Below are positions 1 to 7,251 of a DNA stretch of 29,748 bases, in pieces (position 1 is the first letter of the stretch; each line of letters starts with the position of its first letter). Under the pieces are notes generated by a model. That model saw only the letters and a program-made list of their open reading frames with translations. It did not search any database and was not told the origin of the DNA. The position numbers and the translations under genes are program-made. Source of the DNA: DHVE2 group archaeon (GTDB lineage Archaea > Thermoplasmatota > Thermoplasmata > Thermoplasmatales > Aciduliprofundaceae); NCBI GenBank assembly GCA_015520975.1, contig WAOZ01000007.1:1-29748 (forward strand), given 5' to 3'.

Positions 1-346
1 CGTATACTCTCATACGCACAGCTTTTGGGACCTCTTCATCATCAAAAAAACTTCCAGAGGTGAAAATCTTAACTATTTTCTGTCCGGTGTATTTAGACGA
101 GGCATAATCAACTTGCGAAATGAGATCCTCTTCCGAAATCGCGGGATTGGTATCGTTGTAGTATCCGCACATGGAACATCCGGATATCTTCGCCCATCTG
201 CAACCGGTGGTTCTCATAATGAACACGAACGCATCTGTGATTTTTCCATCCAATCTATCCTTTTCGTTCCATATGGCGATGGCATCTCTTCTGTGATTTC
301 GCTTTGATTTTTCTCGGAGCTCTCTTATCAAAGGGATTATTTGCAT
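1..346 (-). CDS. Archaeosine biosynthesis radical SAM protein RaSEA (TIGR01210 family), N-terminal part; runs off the window start
   Basis: Not in the ORF track. Manual minus-strand translation from ATG at 346 gives MQIIPLIRELREKSKRNHRRDAIAIWNEKDRLDGKITDAFVFIMRTTGCRWAKISGCSMCGYYNDTNP...IVKIFTSGSFFDDEEVP. It carries the GCxW...GCxMCGY cysteine motif and KIFTSGSF typical of this family, and has no stop before base 1. Confidence 0.85.
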   Translation of the reverse strand, partial: MQIIPLIRELREKSKRNHRRDAIAIWNEKDRLDGKITDAFVFIMRTTGCRWAKISGCSMCGYYNDTNPAISEEDLISQVDYASSKYTGQKIVKIFTSGSFFDDEEVPKAVRMRVY

Positions 347-482
347 ACAGCATCATAAATGGAGGATTGAATAAAAAAGTACCTGTGAATACGACGAATT
401 GTGAAAATTTTAGATACAGATATTTAAATTTTTTGCAAAAGAATCAGAAAAATAAAAATAGTTTGTTTTGTATGAGGGTCGC

Positions 483-3400
483 ATGGCTGGTAGAAAAGGC
501 TATTGGAAAAGGGCATTTGTGCCAGTGATAGTTCTGTTGTTGCTCACAGGGTATCTCATGGTCATCAATGGGGGCGCAGTGAAAACAGCACAGGAAACAC
601 CCCGCGAAAAAGCCATAGATAACATAATATCTGCGATTCATGCGCATCCTCTTACACCACAGGAGGCTGTGAAACTTGAAGCCACGATAGGTGTCAGGCA
701 GCCGGGATATGATTACAACAAGATAATAGATGGTCATGGCACAGGGTACGCACCTCCAAGCAAAAAAGAGTGGGATATGATGATTGGAAAGGTTATGGTT
801 GTTGACGGAGTAAGTTTACCAAAGGCAACCAAGGCGAGTCTTGATCTCTCTCAGGATCCTTGGTTCCCGCCCATCGGCAATCAGGGAGCACAGGGCTCCT
901 GCGCCGCGTGGGCTATGACTTATTATGCCTATACATATGAAGAGGCAAAGGATAATAACTGGGCTGCGGATACCGGGAATCCTGCATATATTATGAGTCC
1001 TGCGTGGACATATAACAAAGTTAACGGAGGTACGGATTCAGGTTCGTTTATGGCATGGAACGGACTGGTTATAACGAACTGGGGCGCGGCCACGCTCGCC
1101 ACAATGCCTTATAACCCGTCAAATCCCACATACTGGGGCAGTGAGGCGGCAATGAGAGAGGCGCCGCTGCATCGTGCGGCCGAGGTTTATATGATACCTT
1201 ACAACGCCTCAAACCCCACATGGATAATAAATGTGATAAAGAGCTTGCTTGCACAGGGCATACCGGTCACATTCGCAATGGATGCCGATCTGTTCACATC
1301 TGCGTTCTCTGACGGGAATTACATAATTTCATCCGCAGAGTATCCTGCATATTCAATACCGAATCACGGACAGACCATAGTGGGCTACGATGATTCAATA
1401 AGCGATGACGGCGATGTGGGTGCATTCAGAGTAGCAAACTCCTGGGGAACAAACTGGGGTGATAACGGCTTTTACTGGATGACCTATAAAGCTTTTGAAA
1501 ATGCCTCACTGGGCAATTATTCGGCGGTGACATTCATAGTAGATAGACCTTCCTACGATCCGCAGTTGCTTGGAATTATACATTTCAACAGCCCGCCGGA
1601 AAGGGATGTTAATATAACATTCGGCATCGGCAATCCAGCATCGCCTTTAAAAATCAAACCTCTCTATTACAAGGTTAATGACAACGACGCCAATGCCAGC
1701 AATCTGACCATGCCCACATTCATAGCGTATGATTTAACGGACTTTGCATCGGAGTATGCCAACGGCACGATACGATTCTTCGTGAAAATATCGGCCAGCG
1801 GTATTTACAACGGTGTGTTATCCTCGTTCAGGGTTGAAAATTATTCGACGGGATATGTGCCTAAAGCGCCCACGCAGATTTCGCCGCAGTCGCCGGATGT
1901 GCCTGCAACCACACCTTGTACCGCGAATGTATACTTTGCGAAGTATCCGGCTGTGAGTAAGAATGTGGCGCTGGATAATCAAAATCTCACATTCATTAAT
2001 ATAAACACGACGGACGCGTACTGGGTGAGTGTTGATAGAACTTACTATGTAGCAAACGGCACAAACAATTATTCAATGCAGAGCGGTGATATAGCCGACA
2101 GAGGAAAGAGTGGAATGGGCGTGATAGTCACAGGTCCGGGCAAACTCACATTCTACTGGAGCATATCCTCAGAAGCGGGCCATGATTTCCTGTATGTGTA
2201 CCTTGACTCCACAGAAAAAGGCAACATAAGCGGCACAGTCAACTGGACCCGACATACGGTATGGGTAGGATTAGGAACGCACACAGTTAAATGGATCTAT
2301 GAGAAAGATAACACCAACAGCGTTGGAACCGATGCGGCGTGGGTGGATTATGTTGTATGGACCCCCACGAACGATACCGTCCCATCTCCACCGCAGAATG
2401 TGAGCGCGGTTGCGGGAGACGGGTACATAAATGTGACCTGGGATCCGCCCGCGGATAATGGTGGCGCGAATATAACCGCGTACAATATCTACAGAGGCAC
2501 GGCGTCAGGCAGCGAGCAGCTGATAGCAACCGTGGATAGGAATACCACATATTACAACGATACTGCCGTGACAAAGGGCATCAGATACTACTATTACATA
2601 ACGGCGGAGAATTATGTGGGCGAGAGCAACGCAAGCGCGGAGGTATCCGCAGTATGTCTCGGTCCGCCATCAGCACCGCAGAATCTCGTTGCCAATGGCG
2701 GTGTGGGCTTTGTGAATCTCACTTGGGATGCACCGCTGAACGATGGCGGAACCGCCATAACGGAGTACAGGATATACCGCGGCAATTCCAGCGTTAATGA
2801 GACACTGTACGCCACGGTTGACGGCAACACGCTTTATTACAACGATACCAATGTATCAAAGGGTGTGGATTATTACTACTATGTGACGGCGGTGAACTCC
2901 GTGGGTGAGAGCAATGCAAGCAATGAAGCCAGTGCCGTTGTGCTCGGCGTGCCGGATGCGCCAGAAAATCTCACGGCTCATGCAGGCGTGTACTATGTGT
3001 ACCTCCACTGGAACGCACCTGCCAATACTGGTGGTACATCGATCACCGAATACAGAATATACAGAGGCACAGCGGCAGGTAATGAGACGCTTCTCGCAAC
3101 GGTAACCGGAAGTATCAACTACTACAACGATACCAGCGTTGATGGTGGAATCACTTATTACTACTATGTGACGGCGGTGAACTCCGTGGGTGAGAGTGTG
3201 GCCAGTGCGGAAATATCTGCGCTGCCCATCGGTAAACCCGGCGCGCCCGTGAATGTGACAGTTAAAGCGGGAGATGGATATGTTGAACTGAACTGGTTAC
3301 CACCCGCCAATGATGGTGGAACTGCCATAACGGAGTACAGGATATACCGCGGCACATCGCCTGGCAATGAGACGCTTATAGCCACCGTTAACGGCACTGT

Positions 3401-3743
3401 AACAACATACAAGGATAAGTCTGTCAAGAATGGAGTCACATATTACTATTACATCACGGCAGTGAACAAAGTCGGCGAGAGTTCTGCAAGCGAGGAAGTC
3501 AAAGCAACACCGAAGAGCTCGTTCCCGATAAACTTCGGCAGTGGTGCAACGCTGCCAATACTTCTGATAATCCTGGCAATAATTGTGCTGGTAATAATCG
3601 TTGCAGTGCTTAAAAGGAAAAAGGGAAACAAGGGTGTTGCAGAGAGTCAGCCCGAAGAAGAACATCAGGAAACGGAATCTGAAGAGCAGCAAACAGGTGA
3701 GGAAACACCCTCAACTGAAACCCAAGAAGAGGAAGAAATATAA
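483..3743 (+). CDS. Membrane-anchored papain-family (C1A) cysteine protease with a beta-sandwich domain, four fibronectin type III domains, a C-terminal TM helix and an acidic tail
   Basis: Catalytic motifs GNQGAQGSCAAWA (Gln/Cys), NHGQTIVGY (His) and ANSWG (Asn). N-terminal signal-like segment. Four PxxPxN...W..P...Y.IYRG...YYYY.TA.N.VGES FN3 units. Hydrophobic LPILLIILAIIVLVIIVAVL followed by KRKK and a Glu-rich tail. ATG 483 (GAGGG upstream) is preferred over 468. Confidence 0.92.
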   Translation: MAGRKGYWKRAFVPVIVLLLLTGYLMVINGGAVKTAQETPREKAIDNIISAIHAHPLTPQEAVKLEATIGVRQPGYDYNKIIDGHGTGYAPPSKKEWDMMIGKVMVVDGVSLPKATKASLDLSQDPWFPPIGNQGAQGSCAAWAMTYYAYTYEEAKDNNWAADTGNPAYIMSPAWTYNKVNGGTDSGSFMAWNGLVITNWGAATLATMPYNPSNPTYWGSEAAMREAPLHRAAEVYMIPYNASNPTWIINVIKSLLAQGIPVTFAMDADLFTSAFSDGNYIISSAEYPAYSIPNHGQTIVGYDDSISDDGDVGAFRVANSWGTNWGDNGFYWMTYKAFENASLGNYSAVTFIVDRPSYDPQLLGIIHFNSPPERDVNITFGIGNPASPLKIKPLYYKVNDNDANASNLTMPTFIAYDLTDFASEYANGTIRFFVKISASGIYNGVLSSFRVENYSTGYVPKAPTQISPQSPDVPATTPCTANVYFAKYPAVSKNVALDNQNLTFININTTDAYWVSVDRTYYVANGTNNYSMQSGDIADRGKSGMGVIVTGPGKLTFYWSISSEAGHDFLYVYLDSTEKGNISGTVNWTRHTVWVGLGTHTVKWIYEKDNTNSVGTDAAWVDYVVWTPTNDTVPSPPQNVSAVAGDGYINVTWDPPADNGGANITAYNIYRGTASGSEQLIATVDRNTTYYNDTAVTKGIRYYYYITAENYVGESNASAEVSAVCLGPPSAPQNLVANGGVGFVNLTWDAPLNDGGTAITEYRIYRGNSSVNETLYATVDGNTLYYNDTNVSKGVDYYYYVTAVNSVGESNASNEASAVVLGVPDAPENLTAHAGVYYVYLHWNAPANTGGTSITEYRIYRGTAAGNETLLATVTGSINYYNDTSVDGGITYYYYVTAVNSVGESVASAEISALPIGKPGAPVNVTVKAGDGYVELNWLPPANDGGTAITEYRIYRGTSPGNETLIATVNGTVTTYKDKSVKNGVTYYYYITAVNKVGESSASEEVKATPKSSFPINFGSGATLPILLIILAIIVLVIIVAVLKRKKGNKGVAESQPEEEHQETESEEQQTGEETPSTETQEEEEI
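2754..3354 (+). repeat. Exact intragenic direct repeats between FN3-coding units: 31 bp (2754-2784 = 3324-3354) and 42 bp (2870-2911 = 3155-3196)
   Basis: gccataacggagtacaggatataccgcggca occurs twice, 570 bp apart. ttattactactatgtgacggcggtgaactccgtgggtgagag occurs twice, 285 bp apart. Both spacings are multiples of the 95-codon FN3 unit. Confidence 0.9.
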
Positions 3744-3786
3744 ATTTTCCACTTTTTATTTTTTCGTCAATTGTCTTATTCTTTTA
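3744..3786 (+). terminator. Probable archaeal oligo-T terminator of the protease gene
   Basis: Several T-runs (ttttcc, tttttatttttt, cttttac) lie directly after the stop codon. Confidence 0.55.
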
Positions 3787-3791
3787 CGATG

Positions 3792-3836
3792 AAAGCAAAA
3801 GTTATATAGAGATAAGGATATAACCTTCGCAGGTGA
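3792..3836 (+). promoter_or_regulatory. BRE/TATA promoter and RBS of the HMG-CoA synthase-thiolase operon
   Basis: Purine-rich aaagcaaaag followed by ttatata (3802-3808). AGGTGA at 3831-3836 precedes ATG 3841. Confidence 0.6.
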
Positions 3837-3840
3837 GAGT

Positions 3841-4887
3841 ATGGTTGGAATAGTTACATACGGCAGCTATATACCTGTGTACAGAATAAAAAGTGAGGAA
3901 ATAGCAAGGATGTGGGGTGACCGGGAGGATTACCCTGCGAAAGGCCTAAAGATTCTGAGCAAATCCGTTCCCGCATACGATGAGGATGCAGCCACAATTG
4001 CTGTTGAAGCGACGAGAAACGCGCTTCGAAGGAAGCACATACCCGGTGAGAAGATAGGTGCTATATTTGTGGGAAGCGAATCACATCCTTACGCAGTTAA
4101 GCCCACGGCATCGCTTCTCGCGGAAGTTTTCGGTGCTTATAATGCACATGCAGCGGATCTTGAGTTTGCGTGTAAAGCCGGTACTGCTGCGATGCAGATT
4201 GTTTACAGCATGGTGAAAGCCGGAATGATAGAGTACGGACTTGCGGTGGGCACCGACACCTCCCAGGGCCAGCCCGGTGATGCACTTGATTATTCTGCAT
4301 CTGCCGGTGGTACGGCGTATATAATTGGAGACAGAGATGTTATTGCTGAGATCAATCACACGGTATCTTTTGTTACTGACACGCCCGATTTCTGGCGCAG
4401 AGAGGGACAGAGATACCCGTCACACGGTGGCAGATTCACAGGAGAACCAGCATATTTCAAGCATGTTATGACCGCCGCTAGAATGTTGATGTCCAAGGCT
4501 GGAACAGAGCCCAAAGATTACGATTATGTAGTATTTCATCAGCCAAACGGTAAATTTCCGCTTCGTGTGGGTAAGCGTTTGGGTTTCACAAAGGAACAGA
4601 TAGAACCGGGATTGCTGACGCCGTATATTGGAAACACATACTCGGGTGCCACGCCAACTGGATTGTCTGCGGTGCTGGATATTGCAAAACCGGGTGACAG
4701 AATCCTTGCAGTATCGTTTGGCAGTGGTGCGGGTAGTGATGCTTTTGACATCACCGTTACTGATGAGATTGAGAAGTTCAATCGTGATGCAGCACCAACC
4801 GTGCGTAAAATGATAGAGCATGCAAGGTATGTGGACTATGCGACATATCTCAAATTCAGACGTATGATAGTGGAGGTGGATGAATGA
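3841..4887 (+). CDS. Hydroxymethylglutaryl-CoA synthase (archaeal type)
   Basis: Motifs [23 protein letters not shown] (catalytic Cys), HQPNGKFP and IGNTYSG. First gene of the known archaeal HMGCS-thiolase-DUF35 cluster. Confidence 0.95.
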   Translation: MVGIVTYGSYIPVYRIKSEEIARMWGDREDYPAKGLKILSKSVPAYDEDAATIAVEATRNALRRKHIPGEKIGAIFVGSESHPYAVKPTASLLAEVFGAYNAHAADLEFACKAGTAAMQIVYSMVKAGMIEYGLAVGTDTSQGQPGDALDYSASAGGTAYIIGDRDVIAEINHTVSFVTDTPDFWRREGQRYPSHGGRFTGEPAYFKHVMTAARMLMSKAGTEPKDYDYVVFHQPNGKFPLRVGKRLGFTKEQIEPGLLTPYIGNTYSGATPTGLSAVLDIAKPGDRILAVSFGSGAGSDAFDITVTDEIEKFNRDAAPTVRKMIEHARYVDYATYLKFRRMIVEVDE

Positions 4888-6050
4888 GGGAAGTGGCTAT
4901 AATCGGCGCTGGTGAAACCAAATACGGTGAGCACTGGGAAAAATCTCTCCGAGACCTTGCTGTGGAAGCGGGATTGAAGGCTATAGAGGATTCCAATATT
5001 TATGCCGAAGATATTCAGGCTATTTTCGGAGGAAACATGAGCGCTGGAAGTTTCGTAGGTCAGGATCATGTTGGCGCGCTGATAGCTGATTTTGCAGGAC
5101 TGGCAGAAACCAAAATACCTGCGATGCGCGTTGAAGCAGCATGTGCAAGTGGCGCAGCCGCACTTCATGCGGGATACTTGGCGGTTGCGTCAGGTATGTA
5201 CGATCTGGTACTGGTTGGCGGCGTGGAAAAAATGACAGATTTGCCCGGGAACATGGCCACGGATATACTCGCAGGTGCCGCGGACAGAGAGTGGGAAGTG
5301 TTCTTGGGTGCGACATTCCCTGCGCTGGGAGCCATGATGGCCAGAAGATATATGCACGAATACGGTTTAAAAATCGAGCAGCTTGCATTGTTGCCCGTGA
5401 TAGCGCACGAGCACGGTAGCAGAAACCCCGACGCTCATTTGAGAAACAAGATAACAGTGGATACCGTATTGAACGCGCCCATGGTGGCGGATCCTTTAAC
5501 AATCATGCACTGTTCTCCCGTTAGCGATGGCGCGGCGGCTGTGGTGCTTGCACCTGCGGAACTGGCTAAAAAATACACGGATGCACCCATTAAGATTTCC
5601 GCATCGGCGGTGGCCAACGATTACATCTCCCTGCATTCTAGACCCTCTCTGACTACGCAGGTGGCCACTGTGGAGGCTGGAAAAAGGGCATACAAGATGG
5701 CCAATAAAGAACCCAAAGACATAGATTTTGTTGAACTGCACGATGCGTTTTCAATAATCGCGCTGGAAGCCCTGGAAGATCTGGGCTTTGCCAAAAAAGG
5801 AGAGGGCATAAAACTCGCAGAGGAAGGCGAACTCAATCTGGGTGGCAAGTTACCGTACAATCCTTCTGGAGGTTTGAAGGCCAAGGGCCATCCCGTGGGA
5901 GCCACAGGCGTTGGACAGGTTGTGGAAATTGTGAAGCAGTTGAGAAACGAAGCGGAAGGAAGACAGGTTGACGGCGCAGAGGTTGCACTTGCTCACAATG
6001 TCGGTGGCACAGCGACCACGACAGTTGTTCACATACTGGAGGTGATGTGA
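4884..6050 (+). CDS. Acetoacetyl-CoA thiolase (acetyl-CoA C-acetyltransferase)
   Basis: Motifs VEAACASG (Cys), VELHDAF and [14 protein letters not shown] (His). ATGA overlap with HMG-CoA synthase. Confidence 0.95.
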   Translation: MREVAIIGAGETKYGEHWEKSLRDLAVEAGLKAIEDSNIYAEDIQAIFGGNMSAGSFVGQDHVGALIADFAGLAETKIPAMRVEAACASGAAALHAGYLAVASGMYDLVLVGGVEKMTDLPGNMATDILAGAADREWEVFLGATFPALGAMMARRYMHEYGLKIEQLALLPVIAHEHGSRNPDAHLRNKITVDTVLNAPMVADPLTIMHCSPVSDGAAAVVLAPAELAKKYTDAPIKISASAVANDYISLHSRPSLTTQVATVEAGKRAYKMANKEPKDIDFVELHDAFSIIALEALEDLGFAKKGEGIKLAEEGELNLGGKLPYNPSGGLKAKGHPVGATGVGQVVEIVKQLRNEAEGRQVDGAEVALAHNVGGTATTTVVHILEVM

Positions 6051-6051
6051 T

Positions 6052-6468
6052 ATGGTGGTACCCCGTTTCTGGAGAGAGAGAAGACACAGATATAATCTGA
6101 TTGGCACAAAATGCCCCGTATGCAACACGGTTTATTTCCCTCCGCGTAATGTCTGTCCCAAATGCGGTAGAGATAGCGTTGGCAAGATGGAAGAATTCGC
6201 ACTAAGCGGAAAGGGCAAAATATATTCCTACACCGTGGTACATCAGAATGTGCTGGGCTATAAATACCAGAAACCGTACATTATGGCGATTGTTGAGACC
6301 TCCGAGGGACCGAAACTCACGGCGCAGATTGTTGATGTTGATCCAGAGGAAGTCTACATAGGAATGCCCGTCCGCGCGGTTTTCAGGAGAATAAGCGAAG
6401 ACGGCAAAGCAGGCATAATCCAGTATGGTTACAAATTTGTGCCAGACTGGGATGCGCTTGACAAATGA
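6052..6468 (+). CDS. DUF35 Zn-ribbon/OB-fold scaffold protein of the thiolase-HMG-CoA synthase complex
   Basis: CPVC...FPPRNVCPKC Zn ribbon, G.IYSYTVVH and an OB-fold C-terminus ending YGYKF. Directly follows the thiolase. Confidence 0.93.
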   Translation: MVVPRFWRERRHRYNLIGTKCPVCNTVYFPPRNVCPKCGRDSVGKMEEFALSGKGKIYSYTVVHQNVLGYKYQKPYIMAIVETSEGPKLTAQIVDVDPEEVYIGMPVRAVFRRISEDGKAGIIQYGYKFVPDWDALDK

Positions 6469-6475
6469 ACTGCGC

Positions 6476-6494
6476 AAAAATTTTTATATTTATT
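6476..6494 (+). promoter_or_regulatory. Putative BRE/TATA box for a leaderless transcript starting near 6511
   Basis: aaaaatttttatatttatt lies about 25 nt upstream of ATG 6511, with no RBS. The T-run may also serve as terminator for the upstream operon. Confidence 0.45.
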
Positions 6495-6510
6495 CGTAAA
6501 TTAACTTTTT

Positions 6511-7166
6511 ATGCTTGATATAATCGGTTTGCTGCTTGCGCTGGGAGGTGCAGGGATTTATGGTCTGTATGTTTTCATGGTGTCCAGAGAATACAATGTG
6601 GACTCTTCAAAAACCAGTGTGTTTATAAGTATAGGATTCACAGGTTTTGTGTACACACTGCTTATCTATATTCTGGCAATAGCTAACAAAGATTACATTC
6701 CCAAGATATACGTGACTGGCTCGTGTTATCCATGGGTCTGGTAACAATGGGAGTAGCAATAGGAAGAGTATTTTTTGTAAAGAAAGCTCTGTGCCATCTG
6801 AGCGATAACAAATATTTTTTCAGTAAAATGACCATTTATCTGAACAATCCTGAGACTTTTATGATATACACCCTAATGATGAGTGTACTCGCTGTACAAT
6901 ATTTTGAACAGCCTGAACAGGCAGATTTCATATCATCCGCATCCGTTATCGTGCCCGGGATTTTAACAATGGCGGCATTCGCTTTTATCGGCGGTTTGGT
7001 GTATGGCATTCTTATGCGTTCTGCATTAAGCAGGTCGGATGAGGATGGAATCCCATATCCCAAGGATTTTAAAAGGCACCTTCTTTTTATCTCTCCCGGT
7101 TTAGCAGTGGGTGTGATTGGAGTGCTGCTCGGATTGCTCATCTACGCTGGGGCAATATCTATTTAA
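6511..7166 (+). pseudogene. Frameshift-split membrane protein (ORFs 6511-6744 and 6723-7166) resembling a triplicated A/V-type ATPase proteolipid (subunit c/K)
   Basis: The two ORFs overlap in frames +1 and +3; adding one base near 6723 joins them into about 218 aa with about six hydrophobic helices. The middle hairpin GSVLSMGLVTMGVAIGRVFFVKKALCHLSDNKYFFSKMTIYLNNPETFMIYTLMMSVL resembles the NtpK hairpin with its PET carboxylate. May be a real pseudogene or a sequencing error. Confidence 0.55.
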
Positions 7167-7206
7167 AGTTTTTGGAACATTTTTATCTATTTCTTTTTCA
7201 AATCCG

Positions 7207-7244
7207 TTTAAATTTAAATTAACAGTTAAGATTGATTGAGGTGA
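7207..7244 (+). promoter_or_regulatory. TATA-like element and RBS for the 749-aa repeat protein
   Basis: tttaaatttaaatt at about 7207-7220. GAGGTGA at 7238-7244, 7 nt before ATG 7252. Confidence 0.55.
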
Positions 7245-7251
7245 TGCAAAT

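Noticed and set aside
113-737. Short ORFs 113-307, 304-528 and 444-737
   Set aside because: They overlap the RaSEA gene, the AT-rich divergent promoter or the protease gene, and show no coding signature.
3841-6468. HMG-CoA synthase/thiolase/DUF35 cluster as a novel system
   Set aside because: It is an already described, widely conserved archaeal mevalonate-pathway complex.
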